The position numbers were made by a program, and so were the translations under genes. A stretch of 63,283 nucleotides of DNA, the filler included, from Hyphochytrium catenoides (taxonomy: Eukaryota; Protista; Hyphochytriomycota): assembly GCA_900088475.1 (NCBI GenBank). It is 5 parts of 5 records of this genome, joined end to end, with 100 filler letters (N's around TTAATTAATTAA, not from the genome) between each part and the next. Parts side by side here need not be neighbours in the genome. Positions count along the whole stretch, not along the records: positions 1 to 21,035 come from FLMG01004722.1; positions 21,136 to 52,056 come from FLMG01000144.1; 3 more parts are not named here. One strand, given 5' to 3'. Positions 12,798 through 25,200 of the stretch are shown in pieces. The stretch's first letter is position 1. Each line of letters starts with the position of its first letter. The notes under the pieces were generated by a model. The model saw nothing but the letters and a program-made list of their open reading frames with translations. It was not told the DNA's origin and did not search any database.

Positions 12798-15784
12798 ATG
12801 AAGTCCACTTCTGAGCACAAGCTCAAAGACAAGCTGCTGCTATCCAAGCTGTGGGCCTCTGACGAGGACGTAAAGCAAGCCATTCGCCTCTGTTCTGACG
12901 CTTCTGCAGCTTTTCAATGGCTTGTGGACATTGGAAGCGCAAAGCCGCTGCCTAGCCCTCAGGGTAACTGCTTCTATTGTACAGAGCATAGGGCTAAAAG
13001 ACATCGTTTCTTACCACGTGCTGCTCATCGGCGTTCTTCTTCTCCACCTTCTCCCCTCTCTGCTTTGTTAGGGTTCTACTCTTCCTCTTCTTCTTTTGGC
13101 GAAAGAAACGGGCCGTCAACCGCTACGGTCTCGCAGAGCGCTGCCGTGGGAGGAAGCAAGAAGGGAAGCGAGCTGTTCAACACTGCTTTAACCCAGCCGA
13201 GTGAGAGCAGACGAGAGAGGTCCTCGAATGGAAGCGAACCTAATGTTTGGCATCTTGTGAGCAGCAGAAACAGAAACAATGCGGATAAGGGAAGAGAAAA
13301 CTCTCCTTCTGTTAGCCCCCAAAGCGCGCAGAGCATCTGCCTCTCTCCTCTGTCGCACTCCGGAGAAGGAGAGGGTGAAGTCATTGACGTATCAGAAGTG
13401 GAAGCCGCCGTAGAGGCTGTCATTAGACAACTCGGTGTCTCGACAACGATACCAGACACCTGGTGGAAGTCTCTTTCATCATTCCTTGATATCAAGCCCG
13501 TGGAAGAGCTTGCCGGAGCCGTGACAGAGGCAACAGCCAAGGCTCGCGAAGTCTATGACATCAAGAACGAACAGACCAATCCCTCTCCATCAGAGCAAAG
13601 GGCCATGCTTCGGACTCTGCTGACTGATTTAGTGGAGCCCATGACGCTGATGAAGCAAGCGAAACAAGAGAGGGAACTCTCTCTCTCCCCTTCACCTTCA
13701 CAAGAGGAACTCTCGCTTCTTGCAAAGGACTGTGAGGTGGTAGAGGGACCTTCATCTATGACAAAGAAGGACATTTCGCCCATTCGCTCCCTCTGTGAGG
13801 CTTACATCAACCTTCTCACCTGGGTGGAGACAGAGAAAGGGAAAAGGAGTCGCTGTCTCTCTGCATTCGAAGATAAAGTGAGGACTGTGACAAAGAATAG
13901 GACTACGAGGATGGAGGCTTGGGAAAGAGAAATGACGTCAAGCAAAGCACAGCTGGAGAGGGACTTGGAAGAGAAGAAAGGCATCGAAGAACGCATAGCC
14001 CAGATGATTGGACACTTTGATAGCGAGGCTGAGAGGGCTGGGGCATATATTGATCTTGTCAACTCGAAGGATGCAAGGTACGCTAAGGGTCAGAAAGCCG
14101 CTCAAACACACATTACATCATGTCTGCGCCTTTTCCTTCTACACAGTCGGTCGTCTAACTAAAAACTTCGCTGCGTCGTTCTGTTTGCCTGGTTTTCTCC
14201 TTTCTCTCCATCCAGCCACATTGCTGTTATGTCTAGCCGCACCCTTGCGGCGGATAAAGTACGAAACCAGCAGCAGAAGATGAAGCAGGTTGACGCAGAA
14301 GGAAGCCATCTACGAGCATCATTAGACCTTCTCAATGCCGTTCTTTCGTACCGCAAGAGACAACTGGAAAGCTACTCCTCATCACTGTCCCCAGTCGCTG
14401 ATAAGGCGGTTGAGACGGCGACGACAGGACTGGTAAGAACATATTCTAGCAGAGATGGAGAGCACGTAGCGGGACAAAAGAAAGGGCAAGGCAATGTCTA
14501 GATTTGTAGTTAAAAAGGGTTTTGGGTTGAACCTCAGCTCTCCGTTTCCCTATAGAGAAGAAAGGCTAACACACAGATCTCTTTTGACATTTCCATACCT
14601 TTGTCTCCCCATTGTCCCTCTGTTTAACAGTGTGACACCATCCCTCGACTGTGCAATGCCCTCAAGGCATTCTGCAACTTCCATCGCCAGAGGACGGTCA
14701 ATGCGGAAGCAAGGCTGGAGGAGAGAAGGAGTGACTTGGAGCAGCATATACAACTGTACGGAGATGACTGTCCTACTGAGAAGCAGAGCTTGGAGGCTAG
14801 AATCCGAGAACTGCAAAATGTAACGATCAGCAGTACAAATATTCTCCGCCAGACTGCCGAGTCCCAGGAGAGATTCTGGAACTCTGTGTATGATATTCTT
14901 CCCACGCCAGCCCGACGGAGTCTCCTGCACAATCTAAAGGAGCTTCAGCCTCAATTGGCAGTAGGACCGGTAAAAGATATGGTCAATAGAATCTGCACAC
15001 CAGAAAAGCTTCAGGCAGCCTCCTCTGGAGGAGGAGGGGCAGCTAGCATTCGCTCTTTGGCCCCGGTGCCAGCTCCTGCTGTGTCTGTTCCCATATCTGT
15101 CCCCGCGGCTCTCGCTGCTACTCAGCAAATTGATGCGAGCGCCAACGCAGTAAGACCACCAAGCTTTACAAACGGCGTCCTCACAAGGAGCACCGCCCAT
15201 GGCTCCTCATCGTCAAATCTCAAGAGGCAAAGAGAGGAAGAGACGCTATCTAACAACAAGAGAGGAGCTGTGGACCCCACAGTATCCTCTTCGACTGCTG
15301 CTGGCTCCTCCTCTGCCACTACGACCTCCACCTCTGCCTCCACAGCCCAACGAGATGCTCTTTTCTCCGCTCCTCTTCGCCAGGGTGAGACTATCTTCAC
15401 CAAGTTCAATTGCGGCGGTACCAGGAGGTGGATGAGAGGAAGAGTAACTGCAGTGAACCCAATCGGAACCTACAGCGTTGAGTACGAGGACGGAGATCGC
15501 TATGAAAACGTGGCAAGGAAGTTTCTCCATTCCACAGCACAGGTAAGAAAAAGTGATGGTTAGTTTATAAACGGATTTCGTAGGACAGCCGTCTAGGACG
15601 CAACAGACGAGGCGCTGCTGAACGGATGGGATAAGGCTGTTCGTCTCTGCTAATCTTACGCCCTCCGATGCTCTTTCAGATTGAGTTCGAGCAGATTGAT
15701 GTCACAAGAGAGACCAAGGATGGACAGCTTCCTTCTGGAACGGAAGCTAATCAGCCCAACAACGCTGGCTGTGCCATCATGTAG
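12798..15784 (+). CDS. Coiled-coil protein with basic NLS-like motif, C-terminal Tudor-like domain and CaaX box (…NAGCAIM*)
   Basis: ORFs 12771-14162, 14229-14501 and 14736-15563 are joined by GT-AG introns. The Tudor-like segment is LRQGETIFTKFNCGGTRRWMRGRVTAVNPIGTYSVEYEDGDRYENV. A phase-0 intron 15543-15679 leads to a final exon IEFEQIDV…NAGCAIM* (15680-15784). Confidence 0.75.
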
Positions 15785-16474
15785 AGCGTAGCTCTCCCTT
15801 CCTCTTTCCATTTCCTCCATCTGTCCAGCTCTTCACCGATAAACCAAACCGCTGTGGACTTCCTAGTGTCCCTTTGTCTTGGTGTCTTTCACTGTGCTCG
15901 TCTTCATACTGCCAGAGTACTCTCATACACTATAGTTTAAGATATATATGGAGATGTCTCAAGGCAAATCTTATTTGATTTTTCGTCATTGACTCTCGAG
16001 GGTACTGGAGGGCCCTGACATTAGTTACTTTTAGAGTGTGGACAAGAAGAGCTTATATTTCGAAGACCATGAGTCCGATCACGGCCTCAGTGACAAAGAG
16101 AGAATCGTCCGATAACAGATGTCGACACAGGTCCTCTTATAGAGACAGTGCGGGGAGAGGTTGCCAGCTGAAATGAGGCAGAGACAGAGGAAGCAGAGGA
16201 CAGCCGCCAGACGAGTTTCTAAGAGTCAAACTAAAGCTATGTATTTTAGTGTACAAAGAGGAGCGATAAAGAAAGTGACAAGAAGACTAATCGTCATCTC
16301 ACGCTAGAAGAACACATAGTGATTGTTACGCGGTGGGCGTTATGAGCGAGAGCAAGAGGTTTGCTCTCAAGCCGTAGTGGTATGAGAAAGGGTCAGCAAG
16401 GCAAAGATAAGCCTTCCCTCTCCATTCTGAAGCTTTTCCTCTGATGGACTTCCTCTTCTATCTGCTTCTCTATC

Positions 16475-18607
16475 TCACAGTCTGGCAGCGAACTGGTTGC
16501 TTTTGGCCCACTCCCTGCCGTCTTGGACTCCTTTTTCATAGATTTGGAGCAATTCTTCCCGGTTAGGAGGGACCAACCGGTGAATGCCCTTAAATGGAAT
16601 CTGTTCAACATAATCGAAGTGCCCAGAAGGGGACAAACGAGGATGAAGATACCTTAGAATGCGATGCCTACTGTTTAACAGTTAGCAGGACTAACCCATA
16701 CATAAGAGAAGCAAAAGAACGAGAGGCTCGAGAAAAGAGAGAGGAAACATTGCTACCCGAATAAGAGGATATACACACCTTAGGTGAGATCTCTGCTTCT
16801 CCTACGCCTGGTGAGACGGTGAGGGTAAGATCATCCAACATCGGTTGGTTATCCGTGAGCCCGCCATCCACAAAGACACTGTCACAACCAGTATAAGTTA
16901 GATTACTAAGAACTTAGGATGTAAGAGGCTTAGAGACGCCTTGAAGGTTGGTGAGATATGACAGAAGCAGAATGGAAGCATAAGGCAGAGCGGCTTACAA
17001 GGCGAGACAGGTAAGGGGCAAGGTAACTTCCACAGAGACTGAAAGGGATGGCGCTAAAGAAAAAATCAGACCAAAACAACGGACAAAGGAAGAAGATATT
17101 TTTCCTTACATTTTGTTGAAGGTAACCGGTCTCTCATAGTAGAGCGGGATATAACAGGACGCTAGTAAAGCTTTTCGTAACTCATCTCTTGAAGAGAACC
17201 TGGAAATGAGCTTATTGCAGAGCCGCTTCTCTGCGGTTCCAGTCATTGAAAGAGACAAAAGACACAAACGCAGAGAGAAAGAGAGAAAGAGAGAGAGAAA
17301 GAGAGAAAGAGAGAAAGAGAGAAAGAGAGAGAGAAAGAGAGAGACAGAGAGACAGAGAGAGAGAGAGACAGAGAGAGAGAGACAGAGACAGAGTGAGTGA
17401 GAGAGAGAGAGAGTGCCCAAAAGAGTATTAGAACGTGCCAGAATAGAGTTGCAGACCAGACAGACATGGGTCTCCCTCCTTTGTCTCCTCGTTACGCTGT
17501 ACCCTCCCTTTCCTGACAGCTTCCTATTAGCTCTCCATTAGGTTCTCTCCCTTATCGTGCGAGTTACCTTTAAGCAGAACAGTGACAGATATAAAAAGCC
17601 TTCCTGAAGCTCGGATGTGGGCATCTAACGGCAATAACCGGCCTAGAGCAGTGCTGACGATACTGAAGGAAATGACAACTTGTACGTAAGATACAATCGA
17701 GGACCCAGGAAAGCGATGTCAGCAAGCAAAAGGAAAGAAATGAAAGGGCGCATTGAGACAAAAAAGATACCCTGAAGTGCTAAAGCATGGCGAGATAAGT
17801 TAAATGACCAGAGCCACAAGTAAGAAGAAGAGGAGTGATAGGGTCTTCACGCGGAGAGGAATTAACGCGGAGAACCATAAGAAGACATCGCTAGGGTCTG
17901 AAGTGGACCTTGAAGCAGGAGCAGGGAATCTAGACAGTGAAAGTACACTAACGGAAGACTTCAACTCACTCTGTCATTCGACCGAAGGGACCAAACGGTC
18001 TTTTGGCAGACAGCTTCGCCATCAGCAGCACAGCTTCTACTGCCTCGGACGGTGCAACATCGCAAGCTAAGAGTGCAGCCGCCAGGCTATCGCAACCCGG
18101 TAGGCGCACGGACGAGAGAGGAAGGAAGACGCTGTGAGACGACGAAGAGAAAGAACAGAAGGAGAGAAACACCAAGAGAGTTATTTAATGACCGACAGTA
18201 TGAGTTGTAGAGATCGCATGGAAAGGTCCAAGGGAATATCTCGCATAGACAATACAATGGTAGCAAGGTCAAGGCCAGCACGGAGCTTTCCTCATCGTCT
18301 TACCTTCCTGACGAAGTTCCTAAGAATTTGGTCTTGGAAGTCATGCCACCAATCTCCTGCAACAGTCAGAGACTGTCAGTCAATCAGTAGTCAAAAGGTG
18401 GTGGTCGAACGTTGAGCTATGTTGGAAGGTAGTCTGTACCAGGACAAAGAGAACACAAGGTTGGAGGGAAGCATAAAGACCTTGGACGGCCCACAGATTA
18501 GGAGCGGCCAGGAATAGAAAGAGAGGAACAGAGGAAGAAAAGGAGAGGGAGAGAGAGAAAGCAAAAAAGAATATAAGAGGAAAATAAAAGAGAGAAAAAG
18601 AGAGAGG

Positions 18608-18640
<33 letters not shown>

Positions 18641-19770
18641 AGGGACGGGAGAGAGAGAGAATGGAAGTAAGCGCGCATTGGAAAGAGGGCAATGAGAGAA
18701 AGAGGAAGGGAGCAAAGAAACAAAAGGAGGGAAGGATAGATTAGAGATAAGGGGGAGAGGGGGAGAGAGAGAAGAGAAATGGAGAAAGATTGAGGAACGC
18801 GGGGAAGGGAAAGGGAAGTAACAGGAAGGAGAGAGAGAAGGAGAGAGATTCAACGACAAAGAAAAAAGAGAGAGAAGAGAGAAGTTGATTGAGGCTGCGA
18901 AATCACGAGACAAGAGGGCTCTCCTCTGACACTACTCAAGCTAGCACACAGAGAGTCCACTGATACAGGGCTCTTTCTATCAGACCTTCAGAGCCGCGGC
19001 GACCCCAAGATGATAGATCAGCAGCCACGCACAGCCGCTGAAGGAAATAGAGGTAGGAAACTAATAGAGAAAGAGAGAAGGACGTTAGCCATTCAGTGGA
19101 GACCCTTTCTTATCGAAGTGCATCCTGGCACTCGAAGCTAGCTAAGAACCTTAGAGACCTTAGCTTGTAAACTGAGGATTGTAAGACGGAAGAGAAAGAG
19201 AAAGATAATGTCCTTGCAACCCCAAGCTTGGAGCCGGGCAGAGATCAGGAGAGAGAAGAAAGGGAAAAGAGGTAGCCTCAAGTCACTCACCGGCCGCGGA
19301 CCGCCATTGGACTTCCAGCCGACATAGGGACCCCTGTCGGGGACGTAGATCACTCTCAAGAACTAGCATTAAGGGAGATTAAAGAGAGCGATGTTAGTGA
19401 ATATAAGCAGGAGGAAGCAAAGCCAATGGCAAGAGAGAATAGAGAAAGAGAGTGAGAGAGAGAGAGAGAGAGTGAGGAGAGAGAGAGAGAGAGTGAGGTG
19501 AGAGAGAGAGCGAGGGACAAGAAAGAGGGGGAGATTGGCAGACAGAGGGAGAACGGAAGAGAGAGGGAGAAAGAACGAAAGAAGCGGAGAGAGGGGTGAG
19601 AGAGAAAGAAGGGAGAGATGGCGCGTCGACTTGGAGCACCTGATGTCCTGCACTGGTGCTCTTTACTATGGCTCCCAGCGCCGCGAGAGCGCGATCTCTC
19701 GCTCCTTTAAGGCGCACTATCTTGTTCAGGCGGTGAGTCAGAGTGTTGGCTAAGCGTACAGCCAGGCCCT
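16475..19770 (-). CDS. Patatin-like phospholipase/triacylglycerol lipase (PNPLA/ATGL-like); 5' end uncertain
   Basis: Spliced motifs: SISFSGCAWLLIYHLGVAAAL (oxyanion region); FLGTSSG|SLAAALL (GxSxG); LLASCYIPLY; VFVDGGLTDNQP (catalytic DGG); terminal exon IPFKGIHRLVPPNREELLQIYEKGVQDG…ARL*. Confidence 0.88.
17270..17412. repeat. (GA)n/(GAAA)n/(GACA)n microsatellite in an intron of the patatin gene; representative of many in scaffolds 1 and 3
   Basis: Seen directly. Similar tracts occur at about 822-860, 1687-1722, 7300-7336, 18600-18660, 19440-19510, 52710-52780, 53706-53740, 55940-56080, 58100-58400 and 60550-60587. Confidence 0.95.
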
Positions 19771-20355
19771 GGAGAAACCAGAGAGCGAGAAAGTGAGAGA
19801 GAGAGAGAGAGAAAAAGAATTGGGAGACAGTGAAGGCAAGGGGGTAGATTGTAGGCATGGATGAATCGCTTTTCGAGAGAGAGAAGAGGAACGGCAGAGA
19901 GACGACGAGAGAGAATAAAAGACATAGAAAGGAGCGAGCAAGGAGCTAGGAACAATAGAGTTACAGCTCTCAGCCAAGCTGTCTTCTCGTTACCAGATTG
20001 TAGCAGGAGATAAGGAAGATCATGGCCATGGTTTGCTGGGGGAGAGAGAGAGNNNNNNNNNNNNNNNNNNNNNNNNNNNNGAGAGAGAGAGAGAGAGGGA
20101 TGATAAGCGAGAATGAGCGATCGAAGAGGAGACGGAAAAGAGGGGAGGAAGGGAGCAGGGAGGCAGCAGAAGAATGGTTGAGGAGGCACCCAGCTAACTA
20201 GACAGACGGAGGCGGCAAGAGGAAAGGTGATGGACGAGGTCCATTTCTTTCCTCGCTCTCTACTTTCATTTCGCTCTCTCTCCCTCTTCTTTCCTCTTTG
20301 TGTGCCTCTCTTTCCCTCCTTCCTCTCTCCCTCTTTCTCTCATCAGTCTCTCTCC

Positions 20356-21035
20356 CTAATGTGTCTCTCTCTCCCTAATGTCTCTCTTGGTTTCTCTCAG
20401 TTGTCTCTCGAGGTCCTTCCAGTTGGCACCGCGACGTCTTAACCTGTCTCTTCTCCCTCTTTCTCCTCTTAGACTCACATCTATGACCTCCTGAGAGAAC
20501 GTCTTCTCTCCTTTCTCTCCTCCTCCGAGATGCTCTAATGTCTCTCTGGCAGAGTCCAGGTACTGAGAGAGAGAAGGAGCCACTCCAGAGGGCACTGGTT
20601 GATCCAAAACGATGCTGTCTCCTCCTCCTTGGACATCGGGAACCGAGCCTGCTCTCTCTTCTCCATCTACTCTTTCCTCCCTTCCCTTCATCTCCTCCGC
20701 TCCCAGGCCTGAGAGGTCCGTAGAGGTCATCCCTCCCTTCTCCGGCTGCCTAAGAGCTTGACCTCTTTCGTCTTCTCCTTGTTCCTTGGCCCTTTCCTGC
20801 TCCCTAGCTTCAAAGAGTGACCGCTTCTGTCAATGTGCCCGTGTGTCTTTCTCTCTCTCTCTCTGTGTCTCTCTCTCGTTTGATGGAGCTGCTTCTGCTT
20901 GTTGGGGCCTTCTCTGGTCGCTGCTGGTCCTCTATTTTCTCCTCTACGATCCTCTTGCCAGCATCTCTCTTTCTCTTTCTCTCTCTCTTCCTGTTTCTCT
21001 CTCTCCGTCTCGCTCTTCTCTCTCTCTCTCTCTCT
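20356..21035 (-). CDS. Charged low-complexity coding segment, possibly upstream exons of the patatin gene or another gene cut at the scaffold end
   Basis: Open frame EAREQERAKEQGEDERGQALRQPEKGGMTSTDLSG…SLSQYLDSARETLEHL. No recognisable domain. Confidence 0.3.
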
Positions 21036-21135
21036 NNNNNNNNNNNNNNNNNNNNNNNNNNNNNNNNNNNNNNNNNNNNTTAATTAATTAANNNNNNNNN
21101 NNNNNNNNNNNNNNNNNNNNNNNNNNNNNNNNNNN
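21036..21135. other. Artificial scaffold-joining spacer
   Basis: 44 N + TTAATTAATTAA (stops in all six frames) + 44 N; an identical 100-bp structure occurs four times in the window. Confidence 0.97.
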
Positions 21136-21139
21136 CTAT

Positions 21140-21945
21140 TTAGAACTGGTCGAGACCGCTACATACCTTAGGTATGGCAAATGTGTGGGAATCAACGGAA
21201 TCCCCTTCCTTTCGTTCATGAAAGAGATGCCACACCTCGTTCGCCAATATTTCTTCTGTGGGCTGTTCCTCGACGCCTCCGTTGACATCAGCGTACAAAA
21301 GCTGATGTTTACCGCTCTCCAGGTCAAAGCTACTCGAGATGTAAAGTGATGAGCGAGGTGGCGCTATCTTTCTCTAGTAAGGAAGAGAGCCTAACCAACC
21401 TTAACACTTTGGCCTCATAATATGTTCTGTCCTCGGGCCAGAGAACGCGGATGAACCTGTTGACCAACGCTTGTCCTTCTTCATCTTCTCTGGGTCGTCT
21501 CCATACTCCTTCCAGATCACTTGTAAGGTTGGTCGCCATAGTATCATCACTGCTGGGATCCTGTCAGCTCAGGATGACTTTGATTTCATGCCAGATCTTG
21601 CTCTCCTGGCTCCTGACGTCCTTTCTTTACTGGTAGGATCCAGGCAGTGCTGCTATTGAATGGTCCAGTCAGACCTCCTATCGACCTTCGAAATCCCTGG
21701 TCGAGCAGGTTGGTACCTTGCTGTGTGTACGTTGAAACAGATATGAAGTGGAGGAATCCTTGGCCAACAAGCGGACTCGATGCCGAAGGTTCGACAGGAT
21801 CTCACCATTTCAGAGGGCCAAAAAGATCTCGTGATCCACCCTAGACTTACGCACGCGACGGGATAGTGCCTGTGCACTGCGGGAAGAAGAGGTGCAAAGG
21901 GACGTGGTTTTATGTCATCATATATTTACAGCTTTCACATTTCAT
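21140..21945 (-). CDS. Tudor-domain protein (PDS5/MSH6-type Tudor); separate small gene or 3' extension of the neighbouring fusion gene
   Basis: Spliced LVNRFIRVLWPEDRTYYEAKVL|SFDLESGKHQLLYADVNGGVEEQPTEEILANEVWHL matches the pattern RIxVxWPxDxxxYxGxVxxFDxxxxKHxxxYxD…ExW. Start and end are tentative and the gene lies next to a scaffold edge. Confidence 0.6.
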
Positions 21946-22223
21946 GGAGTCCCAAGTCAGTTAACAGCAATCTTGATCGAAGGCTGGCCAACCTCGACTG
22001 GCACCCAAGCTGCTAATTGAGCCAGAAAGGGAACACCGGCCAAGGGCAATCGAAACTCAGCTAGTGTATGGTGGAACTCAATTAGAATAGTGTTACAGGC
22101 ACCCGGACCATCCTAGGGAACGCCGTAGATGAGACTGCTGCCAGTCTGCTATAATACGGAAAACGAGCCTCCGAGGCCCATGACGACCATCTTCCGTAAT
22201 AAAGGGCCACAAAGCCTTTGCGC

Positions 22224-25200
22224 TCACCACTTCATGCTATACTCTGTGGGAGGAGGTAAATATGCGACTTGGAGCCTCTCTTCCTTGGAATACCGCTTTC
22301 GAACAACATAAACAGTTGAGAACGGCGACTGAGAGTACATCAACTGCAGCTCCTTCATGCACTCCTGCAGGTCTGCCCACACATAGCGACTAGCCTTCTC
22401 CAGTTCTGGATTCTATAGAACCAGCAGGAGGATGACAAACCGAACGAGTCAGGACCATGTTAAACAAAGAAGAGAAAGGAGAAAGAGAACACGGTGTGAT
22501 TGGGTGCGTTAAAAAGTGGGGAGAGGTCGTCTTAATAACAGGTCTGAGTAATGAGGAAAAGTCACGTTTACAAAGCCTAGCAACGGTAACGCGACTAGAG
22601 ACTAACAGAAACCAAGGACGTAGAGCGACTAGAGGGGCTATCAAGACGGTAAGTAGGTCATTCTCGATAGGTCAAAGCAGACAGTCTAAGAAAGAAGCCC
22701 ATCGTCATTGTTTTCTTACCCAGCTGATTCTGCTTATGCAATACATTGAAAGAGAAACAACGCAGGTGGCCACCAGTGACGGCTTAAAGCGCAGGAACCG
22801 GTATTCCTGTAGGACGAGCTCGGAGAGATACTATTGACAAGAAATAGTGGTCAAGGCGAGGACACTGAGGCATCAAAAGTATCATTCGACGTACCAGGGC
22901 TAGCATTTGAGTCTGCTTAGTTAGTGGAGGCATCATTTCTTGGAATATGTGAACAAAATCTAAAACTGTGGACGACCAACAGTGACACCCAGTAACCGAT
23001 GAAAGAAATAGAAATAGATGGTCAGATAACGATTCTAGTACTCTGGCTATCAGTGTAACCAGATACCTGTGGGAGCAGCCAGCGAGAAGCCAAGAGAGTT
23101 AAGCAGAGTCTCCTCCATTGCTAGTACTTCGGGCGGTTTATAGACATTATCCGCGCACATCGCCAAATCGTCTACTCCAATGTAGGAGACATCCTCGCAT
23201 TTTGAGGCCACGTGGAGACAGGTAGCTCCCAAGAGTTGGAACTTCTTTTTTGGGACCTGAATAGCATATTAGCGACAAGAAGCCCAAGAAAAAGCTACAG
23301 GATATGACCGACGCGGAACTCTACGGTCAAGTGGCGTCTGACCACAACGGAGGGCAAGCCACGAAGACTGAGAAAGACAACGGGGAAAGGAAGAAGATGT
23401 GAAGGTGCTTTGACAGTGAGGTCGCTATGTGACGTTACCTGTACTTTCTCTAGAAACCTATCTGTATAGCTCACTGCTAAAAAAGCGGTCCGAAGACACA
23501 TCTCGAAAACATCAACCACTGACAACATCCAGAAGCGGTTAGCCAGAGAGAAACAGTCAGAATGAGGTGAGATTTGATGTATTGTGGCTGAGCAAGTATC
23601 AGACGGTTTACCTTCAATAAGCCAATCTACAAGCATTGATCGGTGGATGGGCCGAAGGTTCTTCTGTTTGCTGTGTCAGATTATGCAGGTGTTAGTGCGG
23701 GCCCCAAGTAAAAGCTACCTTTTACAAGTGAGTTATAGAATCCCTTTGTCTACGGGTCTTACTTAAGATAGCTCATCACTGGACAAAGCTTCTGTTCTGA
23801 GTCTCTAAGGTAGGCATGATATAGCTCAATCTGCTCTGAAATGCCTGAATGAGCTGGGGGTAGACGAGGGTAGCATGAGCAAATTTGTCTCGGCAACGGG
23901 GATGCAGGATTTGCTAAGGACAGCGTAACGCAATCATGCGGATGCACCTACTGCAAGGTAGATAACCCCATATTGATTTTTGCATTCTCTACCTTGTAGT
24001 TTTAGAAAGGGCTTCGAAAGGTCGATGGGGATACAAGGAAAAAGTGGTCGATACAGCGCTGTTTCAGAAGTAAAGAACGGATGTCGCAGTGCTTCTTCGG
24101 CGGTGATCCGCCTGTCTGGATCATAGTTCAGCATCCGTTGCAATAGGTCGATACCGAGCTCACTTAAAGTAGGAAATAAGCGCTTGAGAGGTCGGGGACC
24201 CCAGTTTGGAAACTTGAAATTGCAATTTGGCAGGTTTTTAAAGCCTGGCCAGGTCTGCTCCGTTGGCGTGGAAAGTTTGCTAAATATCTGAAAGAGCTGT
24301 AGAGCGGAGAAAAAACCAGAAGCATTAGAAGCAAGGCCTAGACTTCTTTCATCACCCGTGGTATCTCCCTTTATCAGAGCTTTCCGACCCCCTTGCCGTT
24401 TTTCAGCGTTGTGCCCTTTTCCGTCAGCTTACCTGGTCCACCTCTGATATTCCAGTGAAAAGTGGCCTGCCTTGTGCCATCTCAGCAAAAATGCATCCCA
24501 CGGACCAGATATCTACCGCTGGAGAGTAACCCCTGACTCCCATAAGAATCTCAGGTGGTCGATACCAAAGTGTGACAACCTCTGTGGTGTAGACTCGCCG
24601 CGGATAGCCTGTCGCTCTAACTAATGCAAAGTCTGATACTAAGAGCTTCGCGTCGTCTGCAAGAGGAAAGAATGCCCGTCAGAAGCAATACCTGATACGA
24701 AGGCAAGACGACGATAGGTGTATGACAAAAAGCGGAAACAGGAACGGTCAAAACACGGAAGAATCACGGTGCTAAAAGCAAGCTGAACAAAGGTGGACGG
24801 ACGGGAAGAGTGACGTTACTGCCAGACCTAGAGAGCCATCATGCCCCTTTTTGATAAGTAGGTGCTTAGGTTTCAGGTTTCGGTGCAGTATTCCCCGTCG
24901 ATGGCAGTAAGCTATCGCATCTAATAGCTGATGAAGGAGCTTTCTCGCCTATATACAAATCATTGCTTAGCGCCTGGCCCGATCAATAGTGGGCAGCTAA
25001 ATATAACGGATTCTTACCTGTCTCTCTGGTAACACGGTGCCACCATTGGGGTCATTTCCGGGGTTGACGATATCATGCAAGGTGTGGTCTATGAATGGAA
25101 AAAACACGTGAAGCTTGTTGCTTGACAAGTTCACCATTTCTAACGACGCGATGTGTCGATGGTTCATTCCTTCCAACACCGCCAACTCTCGAAGCATGTA

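Noticed and set aside
17106-20442. Many SLSLSL / ERERER ORFs (also at 7132-7470 and 52300-59360)
   Set aside because: They are translations of intronic (CT)n/(GA)n microsatellites, which lack stop codons.
21036-21135. Palindromic TTAATTAATTAA elements (four copies) as a biological motif or transposon target site
   Set aside because: Each is centred in exactly 44+44 Ns. This is an artificial six-frame-stop linker, so adjacency across these points has no biological meaning.
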